Part shown: positions 1-12,830 of the stretch, piece by piece
Numbering within the stretch: position 1 is the stretch's first letter
How the letters are laid out: each line of letters opens with the position of its first letter
Assembly (NCBI RefSeq): GCF_001194135.2
Contig: NC_068982.1
Location: 64,996,303-65,060,302, forward strand
Source of the DNA: Octopus bimaculoides
Taxonomy: Eukaryota
Direction of reading: 5' to 3'
Length of the DNA stretch: 64,000 nt
Notes under the pieces: model-generated
The model's input: the letters and a program-made list of their open reading frames with translations, nothing else
Databases searched by the model: none
Told to the model about the DNA's origin: nothing
Program-made: the position numbers and the translations under genes

Positions 1-124
1 GATGATAGTGGGAGTTGTTAGAGATTTGCTGTTATTTCTAGTTTGAGGTACTTCCTAGAAGCTTCTTTTATTGGCTTTTAAATCTCTTGCTTACTGACTT
101 GTGTATCTATAGCTTTTCCAGCTG

Positions 125-350
125 TTGCTGCATCTATCTCTAGATGTCTCAGTTATTGACCTCTGCATCACTGAATATCCTACCTATTCACCCCTCTCTC
201 TCTAGATGCTCTGCCCATTGACTTCTATATCACTGGATGTCCCAGCTAGTGACCCTTGTATTTCTGGATGTTTTGCCTATTGACTCGTGTATCACTGGAT
301 GTTATCACTATCAACCCCTCTATCTCTAGATGTCTTGGCTATTTACTTCT
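125..350. repeat. Degenerate 31-bp minisatellite, about 7 copies
   Basis: Successive units such as tattgacctctgcatcactgaatatcctacc / tattcacccctctctctctagatgctctgcc / tattgactcgtgtatcactggatgttatcac. Confidence 0.8.
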
Positions 351-939
351 TGATGTGCTGTCGTTTAACATTGGTGTAAGGGGTTAGTCATTAAATGTAG
401 GGATCGTTGTACAACGATCTAGTGTTTTTTTTTTCTTTTTTATTACAAAGTATTTCTTCCTGTGTTAGATTGATACAGAACACTTTCCAGTATCAACTGA
501 CCATACTACCTAGCTCCTAAATTTGATGCAACACCCCATCTGTCTTCAAAGCAAATATTTACCAATATCTCAAGACGAGCAGTATTTTTATTGACCCTGA
601 TATTTTGTATCTTGTTTTTCCAAATTTTTTTCTACTTTTCAATATCTTTTTTATTTGATTTAAATATTTATATTTACTGTTATTATTCCATTAATTTTGT
701 TGCATTCCTTATTTTTTGGCTGTTTTTTTTATTTTTGTTTTCTTTTTCTTTTAATCCCTTAATTAATAAAGCATTATTTTCTCTACAATTTTTAACCAAT
801 GCTTCATTTAATTTTTTACAAGTTTCCATAACTATTATTAATTAAAATTTTTTAGTTCAACTCTCAAATTTAAATTTACTTTCATCCTTCCAAAGTCAAT
901 ATAAAAAGTACCAATAAAGTTCTGATGTTGGTTTGATTT

Positions 940-1160
940 ACTATACATGACGCCCCCCCCTCCACATATTTGTAGCTTAAGGTCAATCCTTCCAGGATTG
1001 GTAAAGTACTGGGCTGATATAATGCTTAGAATCATTAGCATGCCAGACAAAATGCTTAGTGGCATTTCTTTCAGCTTTACATCCTTAATGTAAGTTCCAC
1101 CAAGGTCTTCTTCATCCTTTCTTGGTCAATTAGATAACAGTTGAACACTGGGGGTAAATA
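940..1160 (-). mobile_element. tRNA-derived SINE, abundant family (gagctggcagaatcattagc...gagttcaaattcc...ctggccttgtgcc)
   Basis: Degenerate, internally rearranged copy of a family also seen at about 1480-1690, 7370-7550, 12130-12305, 16260-16460, 23360-23720, 28470-28680, 36080-36480, 41180-41400 and 58700-58895; B-box-like GAGTTCAAATTC in most copies. Confidence 0.7.
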
Positions 1161-2409
1161 TAATCAAATATCCCAAGCCTTGTGTCTATAGTAAAAAATT
1201 TATTATTATTGGTGGCTTTTCTCAGTGCAGCCAGTTTTGGCATATTTTCAAGGACTTTGCAGTGTATCATAGCATCAGCTCAGTGGAAAGTATGGCCTAA
1301 GTGATGGAGTATACTCTTAGCATGTACTTGTAAGCCAGAGAATAATGGCTGGGGAAGGACATTTACTTTTGGTAGTAGTAATAATAATAATAATAACACT
1401 GGATCTTTAGGAGTCTTAGATAAACCTTATATCTCCACATCCATCACTCTTGAGACAATAGACATTAATATCTTTAAGGTGACAAGCTGGTAGAATAATG
1501 TGCTGGAAGAAATGCTTTGCAATATTTTTTCTGACTGATTTCATTCTGAGTTCAAATCCTGCCAAGGTTGACTTTGTCTTTCATTCTTTCAGGATCAATA
1601 AAATAAGTGATCAGTTAAGTACTGGGGTTTGATGTAATTAACTAACCCCATCATCCTAAGATTGCTGGCCTTTTGCCAACAGTTGAAAGAATTATTAATT
1701 TTATTGTCTTCTGTAAACTACTTCTGAAACATTAATACAAATTTTTGACTGAGTTCCCTCTTTCACTTGAGGTTTGACTTTGTGATTTATAGAATTGGCT
1801 ATTGTAATGTGGTTCTTGCAACAGTGTCTTATGTAAGCCAGCTGTGTCTGTTACGATGCCAGCATAGGGAATTTGTCATCTAAGGTTCACCCCAAAGAAG
1901 GTTTTACAAAATTGGTCAATCATTCCTTATATATTTATCAAATATACACATTGTCTTTAAAACTACCACTTGTTCTTTGGTAGGATATTTTTTTTTTTAA
2001 TTTCCTCTTTTTATCATTTTGGTTAGATTGTGTCAACTAAAAAGTAACGGTTTTAATTAATCTGTGTTTGGGTTAGATTAAATACTAAATCTAAAGATTA
2101 AAGTAGAGCAACATAACTTTTCATCTGAATGGTTTTAATTTCAATACATAACTAGATAACACATATAGACAATAGAGCTAAATTCTTGCATTAATAATGT
2201 CTAAAAAAGAAAAAAAATGTTAATGTAATTTAAAATCCAGAATCATGCAAATAAAAACAAGAGATTCAATGATTAAAGTCACATGTTTCTCTTCCATTCA
2301 CTCTACCAACAGATCTGATATTCCATCACATGTCATCTGAACAAATCTGAAAGCATTGGTGCCACAATAGAGTCAGGAATGTTAACGCACCTGATGACTA
2401 CCACTACTG

Positions 2410-2660
2410 TGAAGGCACATGATCTAGTGGTTAGGTTGTTGTACTCATGATTGCAAGATTGTGGTTTTGATTCCTGGACCAGGCAGTGCATTGTGTTCTT
2501 GAGCAAAACACTTCATTTCACATTGCTTCAGTCTACTCAACTGTAAATAAGAACCCTGTGATGGACTGGCATCCCATTTAGGGGGAATGTTGGTTTTCTT
2601 GGTCACTTATATGCTATGAAAACAGGGTAACCACCCCTATAAGTCCTAGAACTTACTTTA
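2410..2660 (+). mobile_element. tRNA-headed SINE with CORE-like segment
   Basis: tagtggttagg...ttgattcc head followed by ttgtgttcttgagcaaaacacttcatttcacattgct; related reverse copy at about 28110-28432. Confidence 0.7.
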
Positions 2661-2939
2661 GTACTCCCACTGCAACTTTAGTACAAAGTTGTTTGCTATC
2701 ATAACCACCATCATTATGATCAACCAGTGATTCAATGTTGATACTCACTTTTCTTTTCTTGTTTGTGTAGTTTTGTCTGGGAGAAACAAGCAGTGTTTGT
2801 GGCCTTTACAGACCATGAGATCAACACAGTTGATGTTGCTCTTAAACAACTATAAATTGACAGCTATAAGAAAAACAAATAACAGGAAGGGAGGGAGGAA
2901 ATTTCAGAGAGTTGACATTTGTGGGAGCAAGGATTGGGT

Positions 2940-3277
2940 ATAGTAGTGTAGGGCTGGATAGGATGAAGAGACAATATAGGTGAAGAGAAGAGAGAAGACA
3001 AGTGATTGGTGAGGGGCTGAGTAGAAGTGAAATGTGACCAGCCAGCTTTGAGGAGCAGAGGTTACTGTCATAGCATTAGAAGAGGTAGTATAAGGAGATG
3101 GCACATCTATGGACCAGAGGTTGGCATTTGTTGATGAGCTTGAGGTTTGACTTTGTGATTTATAGAATTGGCTATTGTAACCTGGTTCTTGCAACAGTGT
3201 CTTATGTAAGCCAGCTGTATCTGTTATGATGCCAGCATAGGGAATTTGTCATCTGAGGTTCACCCCAAAGAAGGTTT
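2940..3277 (-). mobile_element. Decayed LINE (CR1/Jockey-like) endonuclease-region fragment
   Basis: Minus-strand translation NLWSIDVPSPYTTSSNA loosely resembles LINE APE C-terminal segments; stops in adjacent sequence. Confidence 0.45.
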
Positions 3278-3479
3278 TTAACCCTTAGCATTTAAAATGG
3301 TGATATCTCACCCAAGTATGTTCAGACTAGCCAGATTTGGCCTCTTAGACCTTATCTACAATGTCATTCTAGAAATATACAATCACATCATTGAAATCTC
3401 AAAACTATGATATAATGCATGATTAATTGAAAACAATTGAAAAACATCCGACAGAGTTAACTGGGCGCTAAAGGGTTAA
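3278..3479. mobile_element. piggyBac-type MITE (TTAA-flanked, CCCT...AGGG termini)
   Basis: ttaacccttagc ... gctaaagggttaa; homologous copies at 42797-42990 and 60520-60748. Confidence 0.8.
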
Positions 3480-3605
3480 GAAGATTAAAATGGAAACAAC
3501 CATTAAGCAAGTAAATAAAATATTATTATAAGTTTACAAGTTATAAATTTATATATTACTATTGTATATATGAAATATATTGATATTGTTTTTTACTTAT
3601 TTCAG

Positions 3606-3698
3606 GATGTGGAAGCATTTGAAGATGAAAATGAAACTTTGCAAGTTGAAAATCGGGCCCTGATAAATGCATTTTCGCAATTGAGTACCACAGTGTAA
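3606..3698 (+). CDS. Terminal coding exon, DVEAFEDENETLQVENRALINAFSQLSTTV*, MYPT1/PPP1R12-like C-terminal leucine zipper; upstream exons probably outside the window
   Basis: Acceptor tttttacttatttcag at 3605; open frame to TAA at 3696-3698; heptad F5-L12-L19-L26; ungapped 10/28 identity to the recalled MYPT1 tail [28 protein letters not shown]. Confidence 0.8.
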   Translation, partial: DVEAFEDENETLQVENRALINAFSQLSTTV

Positions 3699-4620
3699 AT
3701 AATGTTGAATTGTGTATATGTTCTGAGTGTATGTAGGTGAGAGAGGGTGAGATAGAAATGATTAGCTTTTGCTCCTTGCTCTGCCTTTTTCCAACTTTAC
3801 CGCCCTTCCCACAATCTTAACAGTAGAAACAATTATTTTGGTTAATGTGCTCTACCTATCTATCTACCTACCTACTTATCTATCTCTCTACAAAGCTCTG
3901 TGATAGATATATCACAGCTACTTTTTAGTGCAACATATCTACTATTCATCATGTTCTTGGGATAAAAAACAGAAAAAAAAACACCCCAGAAAAATAAACA
4001 AAACAAAAACAACAAAAACAATTTCTATTTTGTTTTTGGTTCTTTACACTTTCCATCTTCTCAACCACCTCCACAAAAAAATGAACAAAAAAATACAGCA
4101 TAACAAACAAAAAAGGGTAAAACCCCCCAAAACAGCAAAACAGCATCCAAATAATAATTATAATATTTTTCGTATGTTTTGTTGATTTTTTTGTCTCTAT
4201 AAATATTAAATATGAATGTACGTCTGTTACATTCTTTTAAATCAAGTTTTAATTTACTAGAAAAAGAAGAAAAAAAACCTTTCGATGAAAGAAAAACTGT
4301 ATAACACCAATGTCTGTGCTCTTGTATTATTTTCTGTATTTGAAAGTTAACCAGTTATAAGAACTGAATATTATTGGGTTTCAGAAAATTTTGGAAAATA
4401 TCTTAAGATGGCTTGAGCATTTAAATGTTTCCTTTTTTCAACTCTAAGATTTATCAGTTGGAATATATTAGTTGCATTCACAAACACAACAACCATACAT
4501 ACCTACTCCATGTGTGTGTTCCCTATCACATTCATTCGTGCACTATACAATTTAGGCAGTTATTTACACACAATCATGACTATAGAGATTCTCATTCGTC
4601 CTTTTTAAAAAAAAATTTGG

Positions 4621-4669
<49 letters not shown>

Positions 4670-4740
4670 CATATATATATAATAAGCTTATTGTATACAG
4701 TGTTCTGGTGCACTACAACTCATTGGAATACAATAAAAGT
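3699..4740 (+). other. Probable 3' UTR of the leucine-zipper gene
   Basis: AT-rich, largely repeat-poor sequence after the stop; AATAAA at about 3992, 4732 and 4814; true end unknown. Confidence 0.45.
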
Positions 4741-6760
4741 GGGGACAAAAAGCCACAATAAGTCAAGTAAAAAAGACAGCAATAATAGCCAAAACTGCAT
4801 GCATATTATACAGAATAAAGCACAAAAAGACAGTGAAATGAACAGTAAGAAAATCATGAAGAGGAAAGGTGCATAGACACATCAGTAGTGTTGACAAATT
4901 TCAGATAAACATGGAATTTTTGAAGGATACAGTGTCCTCACAGCAATAACTGCCGTAGATAATTTATGTGAATTTTCAAAGAAAAAGAAAATATTTCAGT
5001 GCAGAAGAAAATCTGTTAGATGAATACCTTTCTAAGAATCTCAGAATAAGGACACTACAAAATTTTTAACACACCAGTAAGCGCACACACACACATGTAC
5101 ACACAATTATTTATTTAGTAAAATTTACAATAATTCATGTCATGAAATTAATGAAATCCTGATGGCAATAAATAGTCAGTAATTTGAAAAGAAAGCCAGA
5201 AAGAGAAGCTTCATTTAAAATCTGAGTGATTCATAGCAGAGCTAACACTTCCATTGTAATAGAGATGCAGTCAGTTCCATTTATATATTTATTCTATACC
5301 TATCTGACTTGCTGGAATTTATAACTACAGCCTATGAAGTTTATTTTTAAGATAGCATTTGAGAAATTTGAATAAAAAAAAAAATCATACAGAGACCTTG
5401 TGAAAAGTTGATCTGAATGCATTTTATTTTTCCAATTCTCTTTTTAAAAGGGAAATAAGAGAGTTTAGATACTAAAGGAAACAAAAATTATAATTTATAT
5501 ATTTTTTTAATGGAGGTTTATTTTCTAAATAAGTATACATACTTATATAGAAAAGAAACCTTTATGAATTGTGATTTATTTTCCTTTAGTGCCTGATTGT
5601 TTATTTCTTCTTTATACTTAAAAAAGAAAATTGGAATATGAAACACCAGTATTTTACTATCATTTTAATTGTTATAATTTTCTTCAAAGAAAATTTTTTT
5701 TCTTTTCTAATTGGCCAATATCTCTTGCCCATAAAATCATTTTTTTTTGTTGTTAGTCAATATACTGTGATCAATTAAGGTGATTTGGATTTGTGTTGTA
5801 AAATCTCTTCAATGAAAGGAATAAGCTATGCTTCATGAAACTGAAAACTTACTTTAATCCAAGATGTTAAAGATGTTTCTAGTTAGTCAACTCAACCTGC
5901 TCAATGTAACAACCAAATCTCTATTGAAATGCTTGCAATCGTTGTTAAAATCAGAACAATATGTCTTAAAGCATCCTATATTTGGCTGTATTCAATGAAA
6001 TTTGATTTCTGTATAGATAAAACTGTCTTTCTGAAGCATCATCTTTATTGTTAGTTGGTGTCATATGATGTATAATTGTTATCCCTTTAGTTATTTAACA
6101 ATTCTTCTTATATAATGCAATATAGTTTGGTAAATTCTGTTGCAAATATTGTAGGGTAAAGGAAGAACAAAACAAAACTCTTAAATATCAGATTTCTGAT
6201 GAATTCATCAGTCAGCTTGATTGCCATTGCAATATTATATCAAATACACACACACAAAAAAAAAGTTGTTGATGCTTATCCCCAGCTCAGCAATGACCAA
6301 GCAGACTTTATGATCAAAGGCATTCTAGCTCTGACCATCCCACCTTTTTCTCAAATACAGTGTATCATGATTACATTAACCATATCCCACCTTGATTTAA
6401 AGATGGCAAGGCATCATTTGAGTGAGATATGGCTGCTATTTGTAGCAGGTCAACCAACCATGTAGAAGCTCCCTCTTTCACCTTGATGAATTCCTCTTTA
6501 TTGAGGACAGTGAAACAATAAAATAGATTAATTACTAACAGATCTACTTGGCTCTGAGGTCAGATTGTCTTTTACTTTTTATCTAAGTCCCTGCAATATA
6601 TCGAGTTTGAGTCAGTTAATTACACTATTCCCTCTCTGCTTATGGAAATTGCCCTTGTGCCTAGTCAAAAATAAATTCCATTTTAATAGTTTAGTCAAAA
6701 CCCCATCACACACTAACTTACAAAATAATAGAAGAGGGGTTTCATGTGATCATATCCTTG

Positions 6761-6975
6761 CTAATATCTTGCCAACTTGTCTTCATCACTTTCGATTGTA
6801 TATGATTGGGGGGGGGGGGGCTTAGTCTGTGACTGCTTGTGAACAACAAGGGAGGTAACTAGACTATTTTCAGTGTTATTTGCTACATTCTTACTGTTTT
6901 CAACTGAAGTCCTGCTGGTTTGAAAATAAGTATCACTAGTATATTGGGTTTGAGCCAATCGATTACATCCATTCC
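6761..6975 (-). CDS. Candidate terminal exon of an unidentified minus-strand gene (NGCNRLAQTQYTSDTYFQ...PPPPQSYTIESDEDKLARY*)
   Basis: 71-codon open frame after aagattttgtaag acceptor, phase 1; compatible with the phase-1 donor of 19503-19640; minus-strand AATAAA downstream at about 6497. Confidence 0.4.
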
Positions 6976-9900
6976 CTTACAAAATCTTTTGCCTTGTACC
7001 TAGTTTGAAGAATTCAATAATGTTAATAACAGGGATTTAGCCAGTAAAATATCCTTTCAGGGTCAACAGAGTCTTATTCTTTTATAGTGCCTTTACTTTT
7101 ACTCTTTTATCATCTGTCATTTCTTTGGAGTTTATAAGTGACATTTAAAAAAATATAATAATCTACATTTCTCTAGTTTACAATTGTCTTTATCTAGCAG
7201 GTGACAGCTCTTTCATTGAAGGGTATGAATTATTTGTAGGATTACAACTGGCTAAAATGACAGGGTGTTGTTATTCGGAGTCATAACTGTCAGATTTAAA
7301 AGAATGTTGGTATTTAGAAGGTCATAGACATCAGAAATGAAAATATTGAGAAGAACACTGTTGTATAAGGTTTTGAAATATTTTTTTCCAGCTCTTTATG
7401 TTCTGAGTTCAAATTTTGCCAAGATTAACTTCGCCTTTCATCTCTCCAGGTTTGATAAGATAACCTACCAATCAAGTACTGGGGTTGATATGTTGACTAA
7501 TCCCAGCCCCTCAAAATTGCTGATCTTGTGTCTAAATCAGAAGGTCATTGCTGTTTGATATGAAAGAGTGTCAGTATTGTGAAGATCACAAATGTCTGAG
7601 ATGAAAGAGTGTTTGTTGTTATTGAGAGAGTCACAGATGACTGAGATAAAAGGGTGCTGTTATTCAGAGGATCACGGCTATATAGGATGAAAGAATGTTA
7701 TTATTGAGAGCATTACAACTAGCTGAAGTGAAATGATATTGGGCTGACAGTCAAAACACTTTGTAACCTGTCCAATATTTAATGTGTCCATGGCCTTAAT
7801 TGCTGACTCACTACATACATCTAGCTATATAATGAAAAGCCATCATGAAAGGCATAGTTTACATCTCTTTAAGCAAATTTATATTTGATAACAATCTAAT
7901 ACAAATAAATTTTTATGAATTTTCTTTTTTAAAAAATTCTATTGAAATAACTTTATTCAGAAGAAGCAAAATTTCATATTTTGGAATATATAACACCTGT
8001 TTGAACAATTTCTGTACTAATATATAATACTTGTGTGTGTGTATCTTATTGCTCACACCATGATGGCACTTTGTGTGCCTGAAAGAAATTTTATAATAGG
8101 GTTGGCAAAATACATTACAAAGCTGATGTACAATTTAACATTTTCACTATGAAAATTATTTTTAATGCACCATCTGTAATATTCATGATAATATAAGAAA
8201 ATGTTGAATAGTTACACTCAAGCTAAAGTCCCTATTTAATAGTGACTTCATTTTTCACTTTGATTTATGTATCTTTTATGAAATATAAATATGCATGTGT
8301 GTGTGTGTGTGTGTGAAAGAGTGGAGTGTTTTTTATAAAGCCAATCCATTTCATTTCTAGATCCAATCTTAGTATGACAATGTCATACTATGTATCAGAA
8401 GATTCATCAGGGTGTACTAGAAAGGTTGCTTTATCTCTAGCAAGGCCAATGAGCCTCCTCTGTGTTGTCTGTTTGTTCAAAGCAAACATGACCAAGAAGG
8501 TAAAGGAAGAGAGAGTGTGTGTGTGTGTATGTGTGAAGGGTAAACAGTGATAGAAGCAAGAGGATGGTAGGGGAGGGAGTAATGAAGGAGAGACAGTGAC
8601 AACTTATTTGGTTATGGATAAGGAGATTGAATGGGAATACAGCACAAGCAGTATGATGAGACAATGATAAAGACGGGTGATGGTGAGAATGGTAAATGTT
8701 AATGCAAAGTGTCATGCGAGAGAGAGAGATAGCTGCAAGTATCCCCTCTATCGAGATCTAGAAGTGTGAAGTCTTAGAGTTGAGGTACATCTGAAAACGG
8801 GCCTATTCATTGAATAGCTGCCAATTCTTAACAAGTGTCACAAGTTCACATTCTCATATAGTCCATAGTTGAGGATTTAGCGCCTATGCCTCCTGAAACT
8901 GAATGCATTTTAATATTTAGCGCAACGATTTGCTCTAAATTTACATCTCAATTAGAAAGTAATAATTTCAAGTTTTCCCTCCCTCAACAAAGAGAGAATG
9001 ATGTAAGGGAGATAACTAAATTATCTTTCCGCACGCTTTTCATTTTACTGAATTTAGGGGAGACTACTTTCGAAAAATTTACATTAAGATTATTATTGTT
9101 AGGTAGTAACACCTTCACACACACGCGCACCCAGTGGCTACTAGATATGCATGGATGGTAGTGTTGAACTGAGTGGATGAAGTGTTACAATTGAAAGAAA
9201 GTGTAGTTTTGTGTAAAATGCATATCAGAACAACTCGTGTATTTTGCAATAATTATATCATTTTCTAGTATTACTACACCCTCAAGGCTAAGCTTACTCT
9301 TTGGGACTAAAAACCACTTCAATTTTGAACAGCTAGTGATCCTGTGTGAGGCATAAGAGTGTCCCACAAGAGAATACTGTTAGCACGTTTGGTATATATC
9401 TACTATTGGACAAATATTCTAGATGACATTCTAACTCAAGAACACTACAATAAATGGCATCCAAAAATCAAACCTTTTTTCTTGTTCCATTTAAAACAAA
9501 TAATTATAAATATTGTAATTATATCTTTTTGTAGTTTGATTTATTGATGTCAGTTCTTTTTTTTTAAACCAAGATTGCAATTTTTCAACTGATTTTGATG
9601 TATGAAAGATCATCTATTGTTTGAAAAACAAAGAGTTTAGATAAATAAATTTGACATATGGATAAGCAAAAGTTTATATTTCCCACTCATAAAACCACAA
9701 CTTAAGAGTAAAATGAAAAAAAAATGTATTTTACTTTAACTTTTCAGACTTTTAGACAAGGTCAAGATGTAGTATTTACTTCAATTGTTTGTAAAACAAA
9801 TGTGTATATAGCTTTTCACTCTGAATGTAAATATTTTGTTATCTACTACTGCCAATATATACTGGCAAAAATAGCTTATTGAATAAGGCTACCAAGTTAC

Positions 9901-10469
9901 TAAGTCATTTTGTTTCATTGTGTTTGTAAAACAATATTTGATCAAATCTATGAATAATTGCAATAATATAAACTGGCATCCTGCACTGTGGCAAATATTC
10001 ATCTATTACATAATACTATTTCAAGGTTAAACATAAGCTTTATGCCATATAAGTAGCTTCTGAAAACATATTCTTATTTATATATGTACATGTACTTGTT
10101 TCAAACCAGGACTGCATGAATGTCAACCAAACTGCTTAACCATTCAGTCAAAAGTAAATGCAGTATGGCCAAATAGTTAAGGAGTTCCCTTTGCAATCAT
10201 GAGATCCCAGGTTCAGTTCCATTCTCTGGCACCTTTGGCAAATGTTTTTATGTAGTCTCAGGTCAAAGTTCATTGAATAGATTGTACCAGACATAAAAAA
10301 AAAAATGGCACAACCTTGTTAAACTAACATGCTGATTCTGCCTGACACTTACATTAAGGGTTCATGTGTCTATCAAATACTCAGTCACTTATAAGTTAAT
10401 TTAGGATTAAGTAAGTCCGCTGATCAAACAACTGATTCCTCATTGTCACATGGCAGAGATCTACCACTT

Positions 10470-10990
10470 CATGTATTCATATAATATACTTGTGCACATG
10501 GTGACACAATGGAAAATTGCAAGATGAAGGACTGCGGTGGTGAGTATGGTAACATGAAAGACCCTGGCCAGTTGCATGTGAGTGTATGGGTGGTAATATA
10601 AAGAATCACAACAGGTAATGTGGTGAAACAAAAAAACTGGCAGTTGACTACAGTGAATGGCATGGTGAGGTTGGCAGGTGTTTGTGGCAAGACAAAAGAA
10701 CGCGATGGGTCATGTAGAGAAATAAAGGATCAAAGCAGGTTGTAGTGTCTACATGTTTAGGAGTGGAGTCTCTCCAAATATAGGCTGAGATAGTTCTGCT
10801 CTGTCATTGAATGTAGTATTGCTGGTGACGGAATACATTCTATAAAGTAGGTGGTGATAGGAAAGCATCCAGCTATGGAGACCCTGCCAAGTAGTAATGT
10901 ATTCGAGTGAAATGTGAAGTGCAGACCACATCAGAGCCTACATGGGTAAGAGAGTAATAACTCCAGAAAAAGAACTGAGTATAGTGATCT
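10470..10990 (-). mobile_element. Decayed CR1/Jockey-like LINE, post-RT region
   Basis: Translation SLEYITTWQGLHSW resembles the LEYCSHVW motif; frameshifts and stops. Confidence 0.55.
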
Positions 10991-11269
10991 GCTCAATACG
11001 TGTCAGCATAGAAAATGAGAGTAAAAATGGTGACGATAATGAATATATTTCATTATATATATTCATATAGATATTTATACTATATCAATATTTATATGAT
11101 GTAATACACTCATACAGGCACACACCAAACTTAGACATGGTTAACACTCCATATATATATATATATATNNNNNNNNNNNNNNNNNNNNNNNNNNNNNNNN
11201 NNNNNNNNNNNNNNNNNNNNNNNNNNNNNNNNNNNNNNNNNNNNNNNNNNNNNNNNNNNNNNNNNNNNG

Positions 11270-11410
11270 GATTGCAGTCCCTCCAGGTCCAGTGTATTTA
11301 ATGGGTACTGCATTTAGTGTTGCATGGTGATAGCACAAGGCTTGAAATATACAAGTGGGCTGAAAAGAATAACATGCAGTTTAATGCTGAAAAGTTTCAA
11401 GCCTTGTGCT
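11270..11410 (+). mobile_element. LINE reverse transcriptase fragment
   Basis: Encodes EIYKWAEKNNMQFNAEKFQAL, typical of the CR1/L2-type RT C-terminal W..NxMxFNxxK motif. Confidence 0.75.
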
Positions 11411-11475
11411 ATCAGCCTTGACACATTTCCTGTGTCCTTATGTTTGCGAGGGGGAGACAAGCTCCTCCACCCAGC

Positions 11476-11545
11476 CTAGCCAGCATTCAGGGACATGTTT
11501 CTGAGTCTTTGCTCGTCATCAGCCTGAAGTAGCATCACCAGCTAG
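11476..11545 (-). ncRNA. Type I hammerhead ribozyme motif
   Basis: Minus strand TTCAGG-CTGATGA-CGAG caaaga CTCA-GAAA-C AT G-TC-CCTGAA: intact core, 6-bp stem I, GUC cleavage triplet, palindromic ACATGT stem III, distal helix CTAGCTGG/CTGGCTAG. Confidence 0.75.
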
Positions 11546-12429
11546 TTGAAGAAGTCTGTTTAACACTTGCAAACATATATTATTTCAGTGAAACACATTC
11601 ACTGATTACAAAAATTAGAAATAATACATTTCTAAATCTCTCAGAGAGACTTAAGCAGTAGTGATGCAATAAAGTAGTTATATACTGCCAACTTAACGTG
11701 ACAGTCCCAATAAGGGAATATGCTATACACACACACACACATATATATATATATACATACATATTCCACACCCTCATGAAAATTTCTTTCATTTGATTCA
11801 GTAAGATGGATTTTATATGCTGAGATGAGAATGTTATGATATTGAAGATATTTAAAAAGAAAAAAACCTTTATAAAAATATTGACAACACAGATCCTTCA
11901 TTTCGTAAATTGGGCTATTTATAGATTTGCAATAATTATTAGAGAAACTGAAAAAAAATATGAAGGCATCCTCAAAAATCTTACATTCATTTAAATATGT
12001 AAAACAGGCAAATAAAAAAAACATATAAACTTAGTTTAAATGTTATTTTCTCTTTGTAAAGCCTAGAATATGAATGTCTTAACTGATCCAGCCATCAATT
12101 TGCTAGTCAATATTGAATAATATTAAGTCAGTGAGCTGGCAGAATCATGAACATGCTGAGCAAAATGCTTAGCAGCATTTCATGTCTTTGTTTTGAGTTC
12201 AAATTCCACCGAGTTTGAATTTGCCTTTTATCTTTTGGTGGGGGCCGATAAAATATGCACTAGTTGATCCTCGAACTTGCTGGCCTTGTGCCAAAACTTG
12301 AAATCAATATTGAATGACATATTTCATTGTTACTCCTAAGGTGCCAGCTTTGATCCATGAAGCCTATAAATAACGTCACTCTATCAATGTCGTTTGAGCT
12401 TTATTTTTTTATTACTTTTTGTTTTGTAA

Positions 12430-12830
12430 TACAACTATATTACTTTATTATCTTTTGCTTGTTTCAGTAATCACATTATCACCCAGCTGGAGCACCGTCT
12501 TGAAGGGTTAAGTCAAACAAATCAACTCCGGTACTTATCATTAAGTCTGGTACTGTTTCCATCAATCTTTTTGCCAAGCTGCTAAATTGTAGGGACTTAA
12601 ACCAACACTGGTTATTAAGTGGTGGTAGGGAGAAACACTAGGTGACATGCATACATATACATATATGCACAATGGAGTTCCACACAGTTTTCATTTACCA
12701 AACTCACTAATAAGGCATTGGTTGGCCCATGGCTATAGTAGAAGACATGCCCAAGCTGCTGAGCAGTGGGACCGAACCCCAAACTGCGTGGTTACTAGGC
12801 GAGCTTCTTAACCACATAATCATGCCTCTT
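12430..12830 (-). mobile_element. tRNA/CORE-like SINE family (ttttacttgtttcagtcatttgact...ctatagtagaagacacttgcccaagg)
   Basis: Full or partial copies also at about 20680-20800, 31060-31480, 36960-37430, 37740-38030, 44150-44380, 54185-54590 and 62560-62700. Confidence 0.8.

Noticed and set aside
6196-6211. 16-bp palindrome CTGATGAATTCATCAG
   Set aside because: Isolated, with no GAAA box or other structure; compatible with chance
9306-9400. Minus-strand peptide IYTKRANSILLWDTLMPHTGSLAVQN* resembling a WD40 end
   Set aside because: Only 26 aa between stops, with no other WD repeats nearby; the alternative-frame exon 9298-9376 is equally weak
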